From: Pseudomonas aeruginosa
GTDB taxonomy: Bacteria; Pseudomonadota; Gammaproteobacteria; Pseudomonadales; Pseudomonadaceae
Assembly: GCF_001457615.1 (NCBI RefSeq)
Contig: NZ_LN831024.1
Span: 1,440,001 to 1,472,000, forward strand
Reading direction: 5' to 3'
DNA: 32,000 bases
Shown: positions 25,974 to 32,000 of the stretch, piece after piece
Layout of the letters: each line of letters opens with the position of its first letter
How positions within the stretch are numbered: the stretch's first letter is position 1
Program-made: the position numbers and the translations under genes
The notes under the pieces: generated by a model
Databases searched by the model: none
Told to the model about the DNA's origin: nothing
The model's input: only the letters and a program-made list of their open reading frames with translations

Positions 25974-27161
25974 ATGACCAATCAGACGGGCGCCCTGCGT
26001 GGCCTGAAAATCATCGATCTCAGTAGGGTCCTCGGCGGACCCTACTGCTCCCAGGCGCTGGCCGACCACGGCGCCGAGGTGATCAAGCTGGAACCCCTTG
26101 GCGGCGACGAAACCCGTGGCTGGGGGCCGCCCTTCGAGGGCGACACGGCGTCCTACTTCAAGGGCGTGAACCGCAACAAGAAGGGCATCGCCGTCGACCT
26201 GGCGACGGCGGAGGGCATCGAGCTGCTGCTGCGCTTGCTGGAGGACGCCGACGTACTGCTGGAGAACTTCAAGCCCGGCACCCTGGCGCGCTGGGGGATC
26301 GGCTACGAGGAGGTGCTTCGCCAGCGCTTCCCGCGGCTGGTCCACTGCGCGGTATCGGGCTTCGGCGCCGACGGCCCGCTCGGCGGCCTGCCCGGCTACG
26401 ACGCGGCGATCCAGGCGATGGCCGGACTGATGAGCGTGAACGGCGAGGCCGGCGGCGAGGCGTTGCGCATCGGCCTGCCGATCGTCGACATGGTCACCGG
26501 GCTGAACGCCATGGCCGGCATCCTCCTCGCCCTCCACGAGCGCCAGGTCAGCGGGCGCGGGCAGTCGGTGGACATCGCCCTGTACGACTGCGGTATCTCC
26601 CTGCTGCACCCGCACCTGCCGAACTACTTCGCTTCCGGACGTACGCCCCGGCGTAGCGGCAACGCCCACCCGAACATCGCGCCCTACGACAGCTACCGCA
26701 CCGGTACCGAGCCGATCTTCCTCGCCGTCGGCAACGACCGCCAGTTCGCCCGCCTGTGCGAGTACCTGGGAGCCGATGAACTGCCGGGGGACCCGCGCTT
26801 CGCCGACAACGGCAAGCGCTCGGTCAACCGCGAGGCGCTGAAGCGCGCTCTGGAGGACTACCTGGCGGCCCACGACGGCCGTGAGCTGGCCGAGCGGCTG
26901 ATCCGTCTCGGCGTGCCCTGCGGAGCCATCGCCACGGTGGAGCGGGTGGTGGAGCACCCGCACACCCGCCATCGCGGGATGGTCGTCGAACTCGAGGGCT
27001 ATCGCGGCATCGCCTCGCCGGTGAAGCTTTCGCGCACCCCGGCCAGCTACCGCGCCGCGCCGCCGGTGCTGGGCGGAGACACCCGGGAAGTCCTGGCGGA
27101 ACTGGGATTGAGCGCCGAGGCGATCGACGCGCTGGTCCGGCGCGGCATCGTCCGCGCCTGA
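25974..27161 (+). CDS. Family III CoA-transferase (CaiB/BaiF family)
   Basis: 395 aa from the ATG at 25974; the track ORF begins upstream at 25725 inside the previous gene. Typical N-terminus LRGLKIIDLSRVLGGPYCSQALADHGAEVIKLEP and the GYDAAIQAMAGLMS region containing the catalytic Asp. Confidence 0.9.
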   Translation: MTNQTGALRGLKIIDLSRVLGGPYCSQALADHGAEVIKLEPLGGDETRGWGPPFEGDTASYFKGVNRNKKGIAVDLATAEGIELLLRLLEDADVLLENFKPGTLARWGIGYEEVLRQRFPRLVHCAVSGFGADGPLGGLPGYDAAIQAMAGLMSVNGEAGGEALRIGLPIVDMVTGLNAMAGILLALHERQVSGRGQSVDIALYDCGISLLHPHLPNYFASGRTPRRSGNAHPNIAPYDSYRTGTEPIFLAVGNDRQFARLCEYLGADELPGDPRFADNGKRSVNREALKRALEDYLAAHDGRELAERLIRLGVPCGAIATVERVVEHPHTRHRGMVVELEGYRGIASPVKLSRTPASYRAAPPVLGGDTREVLAELGLSAEAIDALVRRGIVRA

Positions 27162-27220
27162 AACCCCTCACGGCACGGCCTGCGCCGTGCAACTCAATCC
27201 CCGGGCAATTGGAGATGGCC

Positions 27221-28018
27221 ATGGATTCCTCCCCTGGGGCGGTGCGCCCCGAACTCGTGCTGCTGGAGCGGCCGGAGCAGGGCGTGGCCCTGTTGCGACT
27301 GAACCGCCCGGCAGTGCTCAACGCCCTGAACATGCGCCTGCGCGAGGCTCTGGCGGAGCACGTACGGCGCCTCGACGAGTGCGCCGATACCCGGGTCATC
27401 GTCCTCACCGGAAATGGCACGGCGTTCGCCGCCGGCGCCGATCTCAACGAACTGGCGGAGGCGTCCGTGCTGGAGATCCAGCAGCGCGGGGTGGAGCGCC
27501 ACTGGCAGGCCCTCGCCGCCTGCCGCAAGCCGCTGATCGCCGCCGTGGAGGGCCACGCCCTGGGCGGAGGCTGCGAGTTGGCGATGCACTGCGACCTGAT
27601 CGTCGCCGGTGCCTCGGCGCGCTTCGCCCAGCCGGAAGTTCGTGTCGGCGTGATGCCCGGCGCCGGCGGCACCCAGCGCCTGGTGCGAGCGGTGGGCAAG
27701 TTCCAGGCGCTGCGCATGCTGTTTACCGGTTGCACGGTACGGGCGCCGGAGGCCCTGGCCATAGGGTTGGTCAGCGAGGTGGCGGCGGATGGCCAGGCAT
27801 TGGATCGCGCCCTCGAACTGGCTCGCCAGATCGCCGGCCTGCCGCCGCTGGCGCTGGCGCAGATCAAGGAAGTGGTCCTGGCCGGCGCCGACCTGCCGCT
27901 GGACCAGGCCCTGGCGCTGGAGCGCAAGGCCTTCCAGTTGCTGTTCGACAGCCACGACCAGAAGGAGGGCATGCGTGCCTTCCTGGAAAAACGCACAGCG
28001 GAGTACCTGGGAAAATGA
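27221..28018 (+). CDS. Enoyl-CoA hydratase/isomerase (crotonase family)
   Basis: Crotonase motifs are present (LNRPAVLNALN, FAAGADLNE, AAVEGHALGGGCELAMHCDLIVA). Start set at the ATG at 27221, 6 nt after GGAG (27211-27214). The track uses a TTG at 27209. Confidence 0.9.
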   Translation: MDSSPGAVRPELVLLERPEQGVALLRLNRPAVLNALNMRLREALAEHVRRLDECADTRVIVLTGNGTAFAAGADLNELAEASVLEIQQRGVERHWQALAACRKPLIAAVEGHALGGGCELAMHCDLIVAGASARFAQPEVRVGVMPGAGGTQRLVRAVGKFQALRMLFTGCTVRAPEALAIGLVSEVAADGQALDRALELARQIAGLPPLALAQIKEVVLAGADLPLDQALALERKAFQLLFDSHDQKEGMRAFLEKRTAEYLGK

Positions 28019-29547
28019 GCGAGCCATCGATCGTTCTCATCGGTATCGTCGGTACCGGTGCCATGGGCCAGGGCATCGCCCAGCTCGCTGCCTGTGCCGG
28101 GCTGTCGGTGCTGCTCTACGACAGCCGCCAGGGGGCGGCGCTGCAAGCGCGCGAGCAGATCGCCACGGTCCTTGCCCGGCAGGTGGAGCGGGGCCGGCTG
28201 GAGGCGGAGGCTGTCGAGCGCGCGATGGGCAATCTGCGGGTGGTCGAGGACTTGCGGGTCCTAGGCGGCTGCCAGTTGGTGATCGAGGCGATCGTCGAGA
28301 ACCTGGAGGCCAAGCAGGCGTTGTTCCGCCAATTGGAAGAGGTGGTCGGCGACGAAGCGATCCTCGCCAGCAATACCTCCTCGCTGTCGGTTACCGCGAT
28401 CGCCTCGGCCTGTCGCGATCCCGGCCGGGTCGCCGGTCTGCACTTCTTCAATCCGGTGCCGCTGATGCGTCTGGTGGAGGTGATCGAGGGTCTCGCCACC
28501 CGCACCGGCATCGCCGAGCGACTGTGCGCCCTGGTGGCGACCTTCGGCCACCAGGCGGTGCGTGCCACGGACAGCCCCGGCTTCATCGTCAACCATGCCG
28601 GACGGGCCTTCGGCACCGAGGCGCTGCGTATCCTCGGCGAGGGCGTGGCGCCGGTGGCGGCGATCGACGAAGTCCTGCGCGAGGGCGCCGGCTTCCGCAT
28701 GGGCCCGTTCGAGCTGTTCGACCTGGTCGGGTTGGACGTCAGCCTGCCGGTGATGGAGTCGATCTACCGGCAGTACTACGAGGAGCCGCGTTATCGTCCG
28801 CATCCCTTGCTGCGCCAGATGCTCGCCGCCGGCCGCCTGGGGCGCAAGAGCGGCCAGGGCTTCTACCGCTACGACGGCGCTGGGCAGGTGCCCGTCGCCG
28901 CCCCGGCGGTTGCGCCAGGCGCGGCGTTGCCGCCGGTGTGGCTGGGCGTCGACGACGAACATGACCGCGCGCCATTGCTGACGTTGCTACAACGTCTGGG
29001 CGCCGAGGTGGAGAGCGGCGAGCGTCCTTCCGGGGCGGCGTTGTGCCTGCTTGCGCCACTGGGCGCCGACGTCAGCGCCGCAGCGCGGCGGTTCGCCGTC
29101 GATCCGACGCGCAGCCTGGCCATCGACGTGCTGTCGGACCTGGAGCGACACCGCTGCCTGATGGCCTGCCCGGCGACCCGAGCGGAGCTGCAGCAGGCGG
29201 CTCGCACCCTGTTCGCACGGGACGGCGTGGGCGTCACGCTGATTCGCGACAGCGCCGGGTTCATCGTCCAGCGCACCCTCGCCTCGATCGTCAATCTCGC
29301 CTGCGACATCGCCCAGCAGGGTATCGCTTCGGTGGAGCACATCGACCTGGCGGTGCGCCTCGGTCTCGGCTATCCGCTGGGGCCGCTGGAGTGGGGCGAC
29401 CGAATGGGTGCCGGGCGCGTGCTGCGCATCCTCGAACGCCTGCATGCGCTCAGCGGCGACCCGCGCTATCGCCCCAGCCCCTGGCTGCGCCGGCGCGCCC
29501 AACTGGGCCTTTCCCTGCGCCAGCCGGACAGCCCGTTGGCCTCCTGA
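28015..29547 (+). CDS. 3-hydroxyacyl-CoA dehydrogenase, long (about 510 aa, PaaH-like) form
   Basis: The start ATG at 28015 overlaps the hydratase stop (ATGA). Rossmann motif IGIVGTGAMGQGIAQ, then the 3HCDH catalytic region (ASNTSSLSVT, HFFNPVPLMRLVEV) and a duplicated C-terminal dimerisation-type domain. The track ORF 27187-29547 is an in-frame open extension across the upstream gene. Confidence 0.9.
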   Translation: MSEPSIVLIGIVGTGAMGQGIAQLAACAGLSVLLYDSRQGAALQAREQIATVLARQVERGRLEAEAVERAMGNLRVVEDLRVLGGCQLVIEAIVENLEAKQALFRQLEEVVGDEAILASNTSSLSVTAIASACRDPGRVAGLHFFNPVPLMRLVEVIEGLATRTGIAERLCALVATFGHQAVRATDSPGFIVNHAGRAFGTEALRILGEGVAPVAAIDEVLREGAGFRMGPFELFDLVGLDVSLPVMESIYRQYYEEPRYRPHPLLRQMLAAGRLGRKSGQGFYRYDGAGQVPVAAPAVAPGAALPPVWLGVDDEHDRAPLLTLLQRLGAEVESGERPSGAALCLLAPLGADVSAAARRFAVDPTRSLAIDVLSDLERHRCLMACPATRAELQQAARTLFARDGVGVTLIRDSAGFIVQRTLASIVNLACDIAQQGIASVEHIDLAVRLGLGYPLGPLEWGDRMGAGRVLRILERLHALSGDPRYRPSPWLRRRAQLGLSLRQPDSPLAS

Positions 29548-29569
29548 TCCCTTCGCGGAGAAACACACC

Positions 29570-30775
29570 ATGCTCGATGCCTATATCTACGCCGGCCTGC
29601 GTACGCCTTTCGGCCGGCATGCCGGTGCACTCTCGACGGTGCGTCCGGACGACCTGGCCGGCCTGCTGCTGGCGCGTCTCGCGGAAACCTCCGGGTTCGC
29701 CGTCGACGACCTGGAGGATGTGATCCTCGGTTGCACCAACCAGGCCGGCGAAGACAGCCGCAACCTGGCGCGCAACGCGCTGCTCGCAGCCGGCCTGCCG
29801 GCGCGGCTGCCCGGACAGACGGTCAACCGCTTGTGTGCCAGCGGACTGTCGGCGGTGATCGACGCGGCGCGCGCGATCAGTTGCGGCGAGGGTCGGCTGT
29901 ACCTGGCCGGCGGCGCCGAAAGCATGTCCCGGGCGCCGTTCGTCATGGGCAAGGCGGAGAGCGCCTTCAGCCGCACGCTGGAGGTCTTCGACAGCACCAT
30001 CGGCGCGCGCTTCGCCAACCCCAGGCTGGTCGAGCGCTATGGCAACGACAGCATGCCGGAGACCGGCGACAACGTGGCCCGCGCCTTCGGCATCGCCCGC
30101 GAAGACGCCGACCGTTTCGCCGCTTCTTCCCAGGCGCGCTACCAGGCTGCGCTGGAGGAGGGCTTTTTCCTCGGCGAGATCCTTCCGGTGGAGGTGCGTG
30201 CCGGACGCAAGGGCGAGACGCGGCTGGTGGAGCGCGACGAGCATCCGCGGCCGCAGGCCGACCTGGCGGCCCTGGCGCGCTTGCCGGCGTTGTTCGCCGG
30301 CGGGGTAGTGACCGCCGGCAATGCCTCGGGGATCAACGACGGGGCGGCGGTAGTGCTGCTGGGCGACCGCGCGATCGGCGAGCGCGAGGGCATCCGGCCG
30401 TTGGCGCGGATCCTCGCCAGCGCCAGCGTCGGCGTCGAGCCCCGGTTGATGGGCATCGGCCCGCAGCAGGCGATCCTCCGCGCGCTGCAACGCGCCGGCA
30501 TCGACCTGGACGAGGTCGGCCTGATCGAGATCAACGAAGCCTTCGCGCCGCAGGTCCTGGCCTGCCTGAAGTTGCTCGGCCTGGACTACGAGGACCCGCG
30601 GGTCAATCCCCATGGCGGCGCCATTGCCCTCGGCCATCCGCTCGGCGCCTCCGGTGCGCGCCTGGTGCTCACCGCCGCCCGCGGGCTGCAACGCATCGAG
30701 CGGCGCTACGCGGTGGTCAGCCTGTGCGTCGGGCTCGGCCAGGGCGTGGCGATGGTGATCGAGCGCTGCCGATGA
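29570..30775 (+). CDS. 3-ketoacyl-CoA thiolase (PcaF/PaaJ-like beta-ketoadipyl-CoA thiolase type)
   Basis: 401 aa from the ATG at 29570. Contains the active-site Cys (NRLCASGLSAV) and C-terminal motifs (NPHGGAIALGHPLGASGARL, CVGLGQG). The N-terminus MLDAYIYAGLRTPFGRHAGALS resembles PcaF/PaaJ. Confidence 0.93.
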   Translation: MLDAYIYAGLRTPFGRHAGALSTVRPDDLAGLLLARLAETSGFAVDDLEDVILGCTNQAGEDSRNLARNALLAAGLPARLPGQTVNRLCASGLSAVIDAARAISCGEGRLYLAGGAESMSRAPFVMGKAESAFSRTLEVFDSTIGARFANPRLVERYGNDSMPETGDNVARAFGIAREDADRFAASSQARYQAALEEGFFLGEILPVEVRAGRKGETRLVERDEHPRPQADLAALARLPALFAGGVVTAGNASGINDGAAVVLLGDRAIGEREGIRPLARILASASVGVEPRLMGIGPQQAILRALQRAGIDLDEVGLIEINEAFAPQVLACLKLLGLDYEDPRVNPHGGAIALGHPLGASGARLVLTAARGLQRIERRYAVVSLCVGLGQGVAMVIERCR

Positions 30776-30827
30776 GACACCGTTCCCCCTAGAAAAAGAG
30801 GCGCCCAGGCGCCCGTTCGGAGTGCGT

Positions 30828-32000
30828 ATGAACAACAACAAGAAATGCGCGTTTTTCCTGCTGCCGATCCTTGCCGGCGATAGCGTTCCCGCCTTGGCCG
30901 AGGGCTTCCTCGAAGACTCGCGGGCCAGCCTGGCCTTGCGCAACTTCTACATGAACCGCGACTTCCGCGATGGCGCGGGACGTGCGAAAAGCGAGGAGTG
31001 GGCCCAGGGCTTTCTCTTCGACTACCGCTCGGGCTATACCGAGGGCACCCTCGGCGTGGGTCTCGACCTGCTGGGCAAGCTCGGCGTCCGGCTCGATTCC
31101 GGCGCGGGGCGTAGCGGCACCGGCCTGCTTCCGCTTCGCGACGATGGCAGCGCGGCGGGCGACTACGCGCGGCTGGACGCGACCGCCAAGCTGCGCCTGT
31201 CGCGCAGCGAACTGAAGGTCGGCGGCCTGGTACCGAAGCTACCGACCATCCAGCCCAACTACGGGCGGCTATTCCCCCAGGTGTTCCAGGGCGCGCTGCT
31301 GACTTCCGGTGAACTGAGCGGACTGAGCCTGAACCTGGGACGGCTGACCGAGGTCAGCCAGCGCAACGAGGCGGGCACCAGCGACCTGGCGCTGTTCAAC
31401 CGCAACCGGCGTTTCGCCGGCGCGGCGCAGGCGGACCGTTTCGACCTGGCCGGCCTGGACTACCGTATCGCCCCGGACTGGACCGGCAGCTACCACTATG
31501 GCGAACTGGAGCAGGTCTACGCCCAGCATTTCCTCGGTCTCAAGGGGCGCATCGGCATCGCTGCGGACAGCCTGGAGAGCGACTTGCGCCTGGCGCTCAG
31601 CCGGGATACCGGCGGCGCTCGCGGCGGGCGCATCGACAACCGTTCCTTCAGCGGGTCGCTCACCTACCGCCTGCGCAACGGCCAGGCCTTCGGCCTGGGC
31701 TACCAGCGGATGAGCGGCGACCACGGTTTCCCCTACCTGGAGGGGACCGATCCGTACCTGGTCAATTTCGGCCAGTACAACGACTTCGCCGAGGCTGGCG
31801 AATCCTCCTGGCAACTGCGCTACGACTGCGACTTCGCGCCGCTCGGGGTGCCCGGCCTGAGCCTGATGACGCGCTATTTCAGCGGCCATGGCGCGAAACC
31901 GAAGGGCGCCGACGGCAGTCGCGAGTGGGAACGCGACAGCGACCTGCGCTACGTGTTGCAGGGCGGTGCGCTGAAGGGACTGGGGCTGGTCTGGCGCAAC
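30828..32000 (+). CDS. opdR: OprD/Occ-family substrate-specific outer-membrane porin (3' end beyond the window)
   Basis: Not in the supplied track because the frame stays open to the window end (391 codons). Hand translation gives MNNNKKCAFFLLPILAGDSVPALA/EGFLEDSRASLALRNFYMNRDFRDG..., i.e. a signal peptide plus the canonical OprD-family N-terminus. The symbol is from memory of the PAO1 OprD-family naming (PA3588) and should be verified. Confidence 0.85.
   Translation, partial: MNNNKKCAFFLLPILAGDSVPALAEGFLEDSRASLALRNFYMNRDFRDGAGRAKSEEWAQGFLFDYRSGYTEGTLGVGLDLLGKLGVRLDSGAGRSGTGLLPLRDDGSAAGDYARLDATAKLRLSRSELKVGGLVPKLPTIQPNYGRLFPQVFQGALLTSGELSGLSLNLGRLTEVSQRNEAGTSDLALFNRNRRFAGAAQADRFDLAGLDYRIAPDWTGSYHYGELEQVYAQHFLGLKGRIGIAADSLESDLRLALSRDTGGARGGRIDNRSFSGSLTYRLRNGQAFGLGYQRMSGDHGFPYLEGTDPYLVNFGQYNDFAEAGESSWQLRYDCDFAPLGVPGLSLMTRYFSGHGAKPKGADGSREWERDSDLRYVLQGGALKGLGLVWRN

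Noticed and set aside
30800-30813. GGCGCC-CA-GGCGCC palindrome after the thiolase stop, considered as a terminator
   Set aside because: The effective stem is 5 bp or less once a viable loop is allowed, and there is no T-run. The porin gene 52 nt downstream is more likely co-transcribed.

Overview
This window is a high-GC (roughly two-thirds G+C by eye) gammaproteobacterial chromosomal segment. Its gene content and order match my memory of the Pseudomonas aeruginosa PAO1 core genome from recA (PA3617) down to an OprD-family porin (PA3588). Locus tags quoted below are from memory and need a BLAST or synteny check.

I support 30 protein-coding genes:
- recA-recX with a LexA box
- a minus-strand pair of a beta-CASP metallo-beta-lactamase (MBL) nuclease and a long LOG-family protein, facing a divergent phosphoketolase-like gene
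- a small operon for a secreted protein and a DUF3820 protein
- potABCD
- a DTW-domain gene and an EamA exporter
- the orphan response regulator erdR, and dgkA
- a membrane-anchored GltB-domain-like flavoprotein
- a Zur-box-preceded pair of zinc-independent ribosomal paralogs, L31B and L36B (the L36B ORF is absent from the supplied ORF track)
- a cluster of a LuxR-type regulator, a C-N hydrolase and a PuuP-like permease
- an Ada-type methyltransferase/regulator
- an MHS-family MFS transporter plus a LysR regulator, divergent from a six-gene operon: AidB-like acyl-CoA dehydrogenase, family III CoA-transferase, enoyl-CoA hydratase, 510-aa 3-hydroxyacyl-CoA dehydrogenase, PcaF/PaaJ-like thiolase and an OprD-family porin (truncated by the window end)

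I see no rRNA, tRNA, CRISPR array, transposase, integrase, phage gene or compositional island, so this looks like ordinary core genome rather than an accessory or defence region. I do not find a convincing novel system. The two best function-level hypotheses are:
1. The nuclease / LOG / phosphoketolase-like trio may be an RNA- or nucleotide-to-central-carbon salvage module.
2. The LysR/MFS/porin-flanked beta-oxidation operon may be a dca-like C6+ dicarboxylate (adipate-type) catabolic locus.

Smaller sequence-level observations include a tandem REP-like hairpin pair that supplies the stop codon of a gene, structured intercistronic RNA in the pot operon, and convergent genes with overlapping or abutting stop codons. 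Many long ORFs in the supplied track are alternative-frame or antisense shadow ORFs typical of high-GC DNA and were rejected.
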